DNA of 64,000 nucleotides from positions 32,001-96,000 of the IMG/VR virus record IMGVR_UViG_3300021400_000130. One strand, 5' to 3'. Position 1 is the first letter of the stretch, and every line of letters begins with the position of its first letter. Below the pieces are notes generated by a model that saw only the letters and a program-made list of their open reading frames with translations, was not told where the DNA came from and ran no database searches. A program made the translations under genes and the position numbers. This document shows, in pieces, positions 56,378-64,000 of this stretch. Source of the DNA: a virus. Its lineage: Duplodnaviria; Caudoviricetes.

Positions 56378-57538
56378 ATGACAATTACAATAAATACAGG
56401 TAAAATAGGTTCTGGTCCTTCTATAACTTGGACAATAAGTTGGGATGGTAGCGGTACTTCATTTTCTATCACAGGCACAAAAAATGCAGATGGTGCTCTT
56501 TATAATTCAAACCAGAGTGCTGGATGGACATGCTATGTTGGGTTTGAAGGAGGAAGCTCCTCTAGCGTATTCTTCTACTCAAAGAACATAGGTTTTTCTA
56601 ACGGTGGTTCAAGCCAATCAAAGTCGTACACGGTATCAACAACAATTTCTAACAGACCCGAATCAGGTACGATGTATTTCTATACTACCAGTAGCTCATT
56701 TGGTAGTAGTGGTGTTATTTCTTACTCTAATAGAAAGCAAGCAACATTCTACAAAGTTACTGCACAAGACAGAGTAGGAAGTTCTTCAGGAACTCTTCTA
56801 GGTAGCGGATGGGAAAGAGTTCCGTCTGGTACAACTAGAACTGGTCGTCAAGTAAGAAGCGCTTCATATACAGGGTATACTTATTCCTCAACAACTTCCG
56901 CAACAATATATTCTAATACAACACTCTATAACTACTTTACAGGGAATTCAGTTCAAGTTAACTACTATAAAAATGATTCTGCTGGAACTGTAACAAACAT
57001 GCCTTCTAATGGTACTGTTAATTATGGATCTCCTATTAGCTCAACCGTTCCTGTAAACACATATAAAGTTACCTTTAATGCTAACGGAGGAAGTTCTTCT
57101 ACTACATCTCTTAATTCAACAAGAGCATTTTCAACCTGGAACACTTCTTCTAATGGTTCTGGTACAAACTATGCTGCTGGCGCTACAATGAATTCAACAT
57201 CAACTTTATCATTGTATGCACAATGGGGAAATGCTTCATCAATAACACTTCCTACAGCAACGAGGACAGCATATCGTTTCATGGGGTGGAATACATCTTC
57301 CACAGCAACTACCGGAATGACAGGAAGTTATACTCCTTCAGGAAATGTAACACTATATGCAATATGGCAAGCTAACGGAGTGATAAGAGTATATAACAGT
57401 TCAGGATCTTTTCATTCATACGCCGTTTGGATATACCTAGGGGATAACGGAGGACCAAATAGAAACGGTTGGCATCACGCCATGCCAAAAGTATATTGTA
57501 CTATAAATGGTAGTACAAAATATCACACAGCAGGATAA
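56378..57538 (+). CDS. Adhesin with InlB B-repeat-like domains
   Basis: VTFNANGG...WNT...G.G..Y......LYAQW and LPTATRTAYRFMGW...TLYAIW; C-terminal V/Y/W-rich docking segment. Confidence 0.65.
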   Translation: MTITINTGKIGSGPSITWTISWDGSGTSFSITGTKNADGALYNSNQSAGWTCYVGFEGGSSSSVFFYSKNIGFSNGGSSQSKSYTVSTTISNRPESGTMYFYTTSSSFGSSGVISYSNRKQATFYKVTAQDRVGSSSGTLLGSGWERVPSGTTRTGRQVRSASYTGYTYSSTTSATIYSNTTLYNYFTGNSVQVNYYKNDSAGTVTNMPSNGTVNYGSPISSTVPVNTYKVTFNANGGSSSTTSLNSTRAFSTWNTSSNGSGTNYAAGATMNSTSTLSLYAQWGNASSITLPTATRTAYRFMGWNTSSTATTGMTGSYTPSGNVTLYAIWQANGVIRVYNSSGSFHSYAVWIYLGDNGGPNRNGWHHAMPKVYCTINGSTKYHTAG

Positions 57539-57587
57539 TAAAAAATACTGTATATATATTTATTAACAGTAGGATGAGGAAAAATAT

Positions 57588-57965
57588 ATGGCAATATATT
57601 CATTAGCTTTCCCTAATATGTTTTCAAGTGAGAAAGTAAATATATATAAAGACAAAGAAGCCACAAAGACAAATTTAAAATTACTGTTATCAACTGAGGT
57701 AACTTCTTTGTTTGGAGACCCCGGTTACGGTAGCAGACTAATGCAAACAATCTATTCACAGAATAATATGATTCTTCGGGATCTAGTTATAGATGAAATA
57801 TATACATGTATAAAGACGTATATGCCTCAGATAATTGTTGAAAGAAAAAATATTGTAATTGTTGCTGATGACGATGCTTTATACGCAGAGATAAAAGCAG
57901 TGAGCACATCTGATTATAGTATTGACTTATATAGGATACGGTTAATTGACACAGATGAAATCTAA
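57588..57965 (+). CDS. Baseplate wedge protein (T4 gp25/P2 W-like)
   Basis: NLKLLLST......GDPGYGS.L...I..Y.PQI. Confidence 0.85.
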   Translation: MAIYSLAFPNMFSSEKVNIYKDKEATKTNLKLLLSTEVTSLFGDPGYGSRLMQTIYSQNNMILRDLVIDEIYTCIKTYMPQIIVERKNIVIVADDDALYAEIKAVSTSDYSIDLYRIRLIDTDEI

Positions 57966-57989
57966 GTAATAGAATTGGAGTATTAATAA

Positions 57990-60900
57990 ATGAGTGTACA
58001 AAATCCATTAGGCCCGATTAGCTATACTGATAAAGACTTTGAAAGTGTTTATGTAGAGTTACTAGATTTAGTTAAACAACTTACATATAAGTGGGACCCG
58101 TCTGTGTCAAACGAGTCAGACCCAGGTGTTATACTTTTAAAGTTGAATGCTATTATAGCAGACAAGATTAACTACAATATTGATAGTAATATTCTTGAAT
58201 GCTTCCCAGAGACTGTCTCACAGCTTCCTAATGCTCGTCAGTTATTTGCTCAACTTGGGTACAATATGAAGTGGTATCGGTCTGCTGGTACTATTGCTTC
58301 CTTAAAGTATATAGGAAATGAAACTAGTGTTCCTTCATATACTATCCCGAAGTTTACAATGATAACAGATAGCGAAAGAGAAATTATTTATTCTATCATC
58401 GGTTCGACTACAACAAATTCTACTGATGCTACTGTAAGTGATGTTCAATTACTGACTGATGGAACTGTTTCTTCTGTTCTTGTTATGGAAGGTGTTGCAA
58501 CTAACTATTCAATAAATGGTGAAACTAACATCAATGTTTCTCATCTTGACACAAAAAATAGATTGTATTTTGACACTAACATGGTAGCGGAGAATGGAGT
58601 ATTCATTACCAACTCTGACAACACAAATTATAATCAGTGGGTAAGAAAAGATAATCTGCTTGTTGAAGAGCCAGGTCAAACAATCTACAAATTTGGTGTT
58701 ACGAATGATGGTAACTACTGTTATCTAGAGTTCCCTGAGGATGCTGAGTTATTATTCAAGAATGGAATAAACATAACATACCTGAGAACTGACGGCCAAA
58801 GCGGAAATATTGCTGCCAATGTCTTGAATGATTTCTATTATTCATTTGCTCCTATTGAGGATACTTCCGTAACTATCAACTCTGACAATGTAAAAGTGAT
58901 GAACATCTACAGTGCTGTAGATGGTAGAGATCCAGAATCAATTGAAGATGGATATAAGAATTATAAAAGAGTCGTAGGAACATTTGATACTCTAGTTACA
59001 TTAAGAGACTATCTAAACTACGTCTTAACTTCTGAATTAGTTTCTAACGGATTTGTTTGTGATAGAACAAATGATTTGCAAGATACTTACAATATTGTTA
59101 CTCTAAATGATAGTATTATTTCTTCCGTACATGTGATTGAAAATGATGCACTACCAGGATACTTACATAATGGAGTATTCTATGCGGGAAAGATTGGAAG
59201 TATATACTATAATGAATATACAGAGGAAAAGATAGGAACATCTTACTGCTACGATTTAGATACTGGAAAGGTATATAATTTGGTTAACAGTTCATTTGAT
59301 GAAGTTGAAACTGTTCCAACCTTTGATGCTTTCTCATTGAAACTATACTTATTACAGTATATGCCGTCAGTAACAACAGCTGCTGGGCATCAATTAACAT
59401 TCAATATGTTAAGTAATACTCAACAAGATACTGTTAAAGATTATTTACAGGATGTTAAATCTTTACAGCATGATTTCAAGAACCTTGAGTCTCCTTCAAG
59501 TATTTCTTCTCACTTCTGTTTCTTTAAGAATAAGTTCCCTATTGACTGCAGAATAACTACACAGTACCCATTAAGTGCTGTAGAAGCAAATGATATGTTA
59601 GGAACTATAAAGAGAGCACTTTATAATAGATTAAGTTCAAAAGAAGTTGAGTTTGGGTCTGAAATAACATTAGAATATGTTAAAGAGATAGTAAAAAATT
59701 CTGATGCAAGAATTAAAGATGTGAATATGTCAAATATTCAGTTTACTACATATGCTGTTTATTATGATTCTTCATTAGAAGAAGGAACTTATCCTTTTGT
59801 TGAAGTAGAAATCAACACTCCAGAAGATGAAGTTAACATTGAGTATACATTTACAAATGATTCTGAAGCAGTAGTTGATTCTCAGACATTCATGCACAAA
59901 GCAGGTCAGATAAATTACGAGCCTATAAAATTTGTTTATAGTAATCCTAACTGGAAGATAAATAGTACAAATGTAAATATAACTGAGTATGGCATCTATT
60001 TTAGATATACCGAGTCATTCATGGCTACAGCGGGCCAGACACAATTTACTGTAAGTAACTCCATTAACAGAATTGAAAGTGTTCTCAGAAGTAAAGTAGA
60101 ACTATCCGGAGTAACATTTAGTGGTAGTACTGTTACACTTCCGTCTGCATCTTCAGTTGGAGCACCAGTTGTTATTACATATTGGTCATCAGATAATAGT
60201 GATCTTGTTACTGGCGATAGTATAACAGCTCGTATATCTTACAGAACGCAATTCAGAGACGAAATATTTGCAAAATCTGTTCTAGCAGGTAAGACTCCCC
60301 TGATTGTTTCTGGTAATAAATATACACATAGATTTGATCAAACATATAATTCAAACAGACCCAATACTTCAGAACAAGATAAGTATGAAATAAATGGTAT
60401 TAGTCATATTCAAACAAATGTAGATATTTCTGTTAGCAATCTTTCTAATGAGTATACTCTTCGTAATAATGAGAGTATTCAATTCTACTCTCCAAACTTA
60501 CTTGATATAACAAGTTATTCGAACTATGTCAAGTTTGAGTTCTATACACCGAACGCTTCTAGTAAAGTAATAAATGCTGATACTAATTATCAACTATTAC
60601 AGAATGAGTATTTATTCTTATATTGGAAAGACAGCGATAACCCTGATGCTTATTATAAGTTTGCTAGTTATGGTAAAGGACATATTATCTGCCCGACATT
60701 TGAACTAACTTCCAGCAACACTTCAGTTGGCGGAGCATATCTGCAAGCTGAAACTGATCTGAGTCCAGAAAATTATATAAGCACTGACAATCTAGGTTAC
60801 TTAGCGGATCTTTCAAGTCTTGTTAGCTTGAATGTAAACTCTGCGGCAAATATTCTTTCCGGTACAAAGACTATAACTGTAAAAGCAGTAAATGAAGTTA

Positions 60901-62564
60901 CAATTACTTCTACAGACGGTTGTTACTGTTATTGGATACTAAATGAAACTACTGATGATCTTCAGTATTATGAATTCCCAGTAAATCATGGCCAAGACAC
61001 TTCAAATGATAAACTACTAGATGCTGGTGAATATTTTATCTATTCTAATTCAGATCTAACAGAAATGTATATTATGGGAACAGGAACTAAGATCCACATT
61101 GTTGAACCAAATGTGGAAATCAATGTTTGGAGAGTTAAAGTTCTTGATTCATCTGTAATTCTAAATTCTGGTGCATCTGCATTAGCTAATTACTGGAAAG
61201 AAATTCCTACTAATGGAAGAGTAGAACTAACAGAAAATAAAATATATACACTTAACGCTGGAACTAAGTTCAGACTTGTTAACGATGAACTAACATCCTG
61301 GTCAAGAACATTTGACAGAACTGGTGTTAAGTCTGGCTCGAATATAACGCCATATACAACAACAAAGACTATTAACTCTTGGGCTGATGGAACAAGTAAC
61401 GAAATAACATTTACTCAAACATCTGTTACATCTGTTGCTTCTGTTGTTTATACTTCTGGTGGAGAAGGAACAGTTACGGTAACTAACTATACATTTGATC
61501 AGGCTACTCAGAAGTGTACGGTAGACCTGGGAGTAATTCCTAATGGAGCAACCGTAGTTGTTACTTATACATATATCGAACAAAATACCGATCCTGATAC
61601 ATTAACCTTACAAGGTTTTGCTATTTCCTATATGAGTCCTGAGAGTAAAGAGTGGGTATACTTACCACAGATGGAACTACAGAATAGCAGTGGTAATGTT
61701 GTTTCTTGGAATGCTCAGTCCTTACTTAATTTAAATATAGGACCCGACACAGAACAAGTACTTCTTGGAAATCAAACAGTGAAATTCCAGCTGTCAACTT
61801 CAGATACTTTTTCTGATTATGTAATTACTGGTGCGGATAAAGGAAGTTACAATTACTATCAAACAGCTATTATATCTTCTCTTTCTATTGATTCTGATGG
61901 TAGTAGCGATAGATTACCAACATATCTTGTTGACACAGATGGTAATAGAAAATATCTTGACCTCTTTGTATATCAGAAACAGCTTTCTTCAAATACAGTT
62001 GTTTATGGTGAAGATAATGTTAAGATAAAACTTCTGCCTGGTTCTAGCGGAAGAACAGCAACAATAGAATTTATTCTTCCAAAAGGAAACTACATAATAC
62101 CATTTAGTAATACAAATGTATTTGCTGATTCAGACAGTTTGAATATTCAGTTTGATGGAGTGAATTTAACTTCTTTAAATTCTTCTCAATCTGATTTAAA
62201 AGAACAGAGGACTTACTATCTGACACTTGAAGTAACAGATGATAAGATTACAAGTAATCATCAATTAACTGTATCAAGAACACTTGCTACAGAGGAAGTT
62301 ACTATCACGCTACAGAACCCATTCTTGTATACTCACACAGATAATATAAATGATGAGTATTTTGAAAGAATGTTATTATTAATCCCAAGATTTGATAGAG
62401 ATAATGTTTTCAACTATACATATCAAGTTGATGAAGATGAACTCATTGAAGATCCTCTAGAAGCATCATCTTTCTTGAATCCTAATCATATATTCAACAA
62501 GTTTACTATATGTGAACTTGATACATCAGATAATACTTCAATATATATTGCAGGTAAGAAATAA
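57990..62564 (+). CDS. Baseplate wedge protein (T4 gp6/J-like), extended
   Basis: SYTDKDFES...W...NESDPG..LL........INYNID....E.F, LGY, YL.TDG..GN, G.DPESIE, LVTLRDY. Confidence 0.85.
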   Translation: MSVQNPLGPISYTDKDFESVYVELLDLVKQLTYKWDPSVSNESDPGVILLKLNAIIADKINYNIDSNILECFPETVSQLPNARQLFAQLGYNMKWYRSAGTIASLKYIGNETSVPSYTIPKFTMITDSEREIIYSIIGSTTTNSTDATVSDVQLLTDGTVSSVLVMEGVATNYSINGETNINVSHLDTKNRLYFDTNMVAENGVFITNSDNTNYNQWVRKDNLLVEEPGQTIYKFGVTNDGNYCYLEFPEDAELLFKNGINITYLRTDGQSGNIAANVLNDFYYSFAPIEDTSVTINSDNVKVMNIYSAVDGRDPESIEDGYKNYKRVVGTFDTLVTLRDYLNYVLTSELVSNGFVCDRTNDLQDTYNIVTLNDSIISSVHVIENDALPGYLHNGVFYAGKIGSIYYNEYTEEKIGTSYCYDLDTGKVYNLVNSSFDEVETVPTFDAFSLKLYLLQYMPSVTTAAGHQLTFNMLSNTQQDTVKDYLQDVKSLQHDFKNLESPSSISSHFCFFKNKFPIDCRITTQYPLSAVEANDMLGTIKRALYNRLSSKEVEFGSEITLEYVKEIVKNSDARIKDVNMSNIQFTTYAVYYDSSLEEGTYPFVEVEINTPEDEVNIEYTFTNDSEAVVDSQTFMHKAGQINYEPIKFVYSNPNWKINSTNVNITEYGIYFRYTESFMATAGQTQFTVSNSINRIESVLRSKVELSGVTFSGSTVTLPSASSVGAPVVITYWSSDNSDLVTGDSITARISYRTQFRDEIFAKSVLAGKTPLIVSGNKYTHRFDQTYNSNRPNTSEQDKYEINGISHIQTNVDISVSNLSNEYTLRNNESIQFYSPNLLDITSYSNYVKFEFYTPNASSKVINADTNYQLLQNEYLFLYWKDSDNPDAYYKFASYGKGHIICPTFELTSSNTSVGGAYLQAETDLSPENYISTDNLGYLADLSSLVSLNVNSAANILSGTKTITVKAVNEVTITSTDGCYCYWILNETTDDLQYYEFPVNHGQDTSNDKLLDAGEYFIYSNSDLTEMYIMGTGTKIHIVEPNVEINVWRVKVLDSSVILNSGASALANYWKEIPTNGRVELTENKIYTLNAGTKFRLVNDELTSWSRTFDRTGVKSGSNITPYTTTKTINSWADGTSNEITFTQTSVTSVASVVYTSGGEGTVTVTNYTFDQATQKCTVDLGVIPNGATVVVTYTYIEQNTDPDTLTLQGFAISYMSPESKEWVYLPQMELQNSSGNVVSWNAQSLLNLNIGPDTEQVLLGNQTVKFQLSTSDTFSDYVITGADKGSYNYYQTAIISSLSIDSDGSSDRLPTYLVDTDGNRKYLDLFVYQKQLSSNTVVYGEDNVKIKLLPGSSGRTATIEFILPKGNYIIPFSNTNVFADSDSLNIQFDGVNLTSLNSSQSDLKEQRTYYLTLEVTDDKITSNHQLTVSRTLATEEVTITLQNPFLYTHTDNINDEYFERMLLLIPRFDRDNVFNYTYQVDEDELIEDPLEASSFLNPNHIFNKFTICELDTSDNTSIYIAGKK

Positions 62565-63649
62565 TGAGTATATTAAAAGTACAAGAATTAACTCCTTCGG
62601 TCTACACTGAAGATTCAAGAGATTTTCAATTACTAGGCAGACTGTACGACAGTGTGTTTAATGGAATGAAGTTTGATACAGATTCTATTATTTCTTTAAT
62701 AGATACAAAGGAGTGTAGAACGAGTGTCTTACAATTACTTCAAACTAAGTTAGGCTTCTTTACAGAAAGAAAAATAGATGACGAAAAACTTAGGAGTATA
62801 CTTGAATGCTTTCCAATAGTAGTTCGTAACAAAGGTTCATTGAAAGCAATCAAAGAAACATTATATCTATTTCTAAGAATGTATTCAGTAGCCTCTGATA
62901 TGGATATCTACTATCTTAAGACGCCAACAAGTCCACCTTTTTCAGAAGATGGTCCATGTGTTCTTTCAAATGGTAAGTTGCCTGATAATAATAGTTTGAT
63001 AGTAAGAATACACTCTTTCCATACAAAACCAGATACTTCTGTTTTAGAAGAATTATTTAGATATATTCTTCCTGCAGGAATTAACTACTATATAGAATTT
63101 GATAAAGGTACTTCTCTTCCGGACATTGTATTAAAGAGTGAAGATTCCGCAGAACTACTATTTCTTTCTGATAATATTAGTGCCAACTTAAGAGGGCATG
63201 ACCAGTCACAGTCTTATAAGTTAGGTTCTGCAAATACGTCATCAATTATTTCAAATACTAGTTATGTAAGTAATCGTTTCATTGGGTACTACGATTCAGA
63301 ACAAGATGCTGACGATTATCTTGAAACTTTATCAACTCAAGTTTACAGTACCGCAATTATAAACTATACTTCTGAAGATAGTACCTCAACAGAATCAAGA
63401 CCAATGATATGTGTTGCATATTCAAATAATACTCCTACTTGGTATAGAATTAATTTCTTAGGAAATATAAGTACTGAAGAAGTTAGTACAGAGGGAGGAA
63501 TTATTTCAGCTCTTGAAGAAAAAGGTATAACTGTTAATAATGGAGATCTTATATTATATAATGATGTATATCTTTTAAGAGTTGAAAATAATTGGCAAGA
63601 ATGTAATTATGCAAGATATATTCTAAATACATACTCTATAACGGGATAA
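62564..63649 (+). CDS. Baseplate wedge protein (gp7/P2 I-like)
   Basis: P.VY...SRDFQ, L.LL...LGF, R.KGS..AI, YILPAG motifs. Confidence 0.7.
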   Translation: MSILKVQELTPSVYTEDSRDFQLLGRLYDSVFNGMKFDTDSIISLIDTKECRTSVLQLLQTKLGFFTERKIDDEKLRSILECFPIVVRNKGSLKAIKETLYLFLRMYSVASDMDIYYLKTPTSPPFSEDGPCVLSNGKLPDNNSLIVRIHSFHTKPDTSVLEELFRYILPAGINYYIEFDKGTSLPDIVLKSEDSAELLFLSDNISANLRGHDQSQSYKLGSANTSSIISNTSYVSNRFIGYYDSEQDADDYLETLSTQVYSTAIINYTSEDSTSTESRPMICVAYSNNTPTWYRINFLGNISTEEVSTEGGIISALEEKGITVNNGDLILYNDVYLLRVENNWQECNYARYILNTYSITG

Positions 63650-63658
63650 GGAGTACAC

Positions 63659-64000
63659 ATGAATATTACTAACACTTGGTATGTAGGAACAGTAAATGTT
63701 AAACTAAAGATAAAAGATAAAGTATTTTCTTATCAATCTCATAATGAAGGTCTACCTGGATTATTTGAATCATTTGCAAGAATAATGAGCGGAAACTATC
63801 GCGGAGACTGCGATATTCCTAAATATATTGATATAAGAAAATTAGTACCAGGAACAGAAGATGAATATCTTTCTTTCTTAACACTTAACAGACTTCCTCT
63901 AACAGGAGCTAACTGGAGTGTTAACGACCAAGGAGAATTTACCGCTAATTTCACTGCTACAGTATCTAGTGATATGTTATACAATCAAGTTCCTGTAACT
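63659..64000 (+). CDS. Baseplate-region protein (3' truncated)
   Basis: AAGGAG RBS then MNITNTWYVGTVNVKLKIKDKVFSYQSHNEG..., open to the end of the window. Confidence 0.6.
   Translation, partial: MNITNTWYVGTVNVKLKIKDKVFSYQSHNEGLPGLFESFARIMSGNYRGDCDIPKYIDIRKLVPGTEDEYLSFLTLNRLPLTGANWSVNDQGEFTANFTATVSSDMLYNQVPVT

Larger units (their letters stand above)
1..64000 (+). mobile_element. Structural and lysis region of a large contractile-tailed (T4-like gene order) phage, probably infecting Firmicutes
   Basis: Co-oriented terminase, portal, prohead protease, capsid, neck, sheath, tube, tape measure and baseplate genes; no host housekeeping genes, integrase or att site in the window. Confidence 0.95.

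Noticed and set aside
2444-63984. Numerous short minus-strand and alternate-frame ORFs in the track (e.g. 12365..12703, 22786..23184, 28156..28578, 31550..31969)
   Set aside because: They lie almost entirely within longer, motif-bearing + strand genes, have no evident RBS and read as antisense shadows
1-64000. Stop-codon reassignment as seen in some large gut phages
   Set aside because: Core genes are full length under code 11, and TAA, TGA and TAG all terminate plausible genes

Overview
The window is a 64-kb segment of a large, low-GC, contractile-tailed dsDNA phage with T4-like gene order. The host is probably a gut or rumen Firmicute, inferred from LL-H-type holins, a CHAP endolysin and AGGAG/GGAGG RBSs. 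Every credible gene is on the + strand and uses the standard code. Order: tail-fibre/adhesin cluster with an embedded lipoate-ligase-like gene (1-11.3 kb); lysis cassette (11.4-14.1 kb); acidic putative head-internal proteins (14.3-18.7 kb); terminase and portal; an out-of-place sigmaA-driven replication-initiator-like cassette; prohead protease-scaffold and major capsid protein (to 27.8 kb); a second cluster of putative head cargo (nucleotidyltransferase, SWIM protein, ADP-ribosyltransferase-like, duplicated-module protein); neck, sheath, tube, tail chaperone, tape measure and baseplate (32.9-64 kb). Main observations: (1) at least 11 non-core proteins share a short N-terminal leader ending in [L/I/V]-x-E, and several look like strings of small modules joined by the same motif, suggesting a prohead-protease-processed capsid cargo/polyprotein system; (2) a TTT-TTT-CGA +1 frameshift candidate in the tail chaperone; (3) split docking motifs that suggest branched fibres; (4) a gp5-like spike fused to a siphovirus-like central fibre; (5) a 17-codon endolysin scar marking a captured fibre segment. 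All family assignments come from motif recognition by eye; no searches were run.
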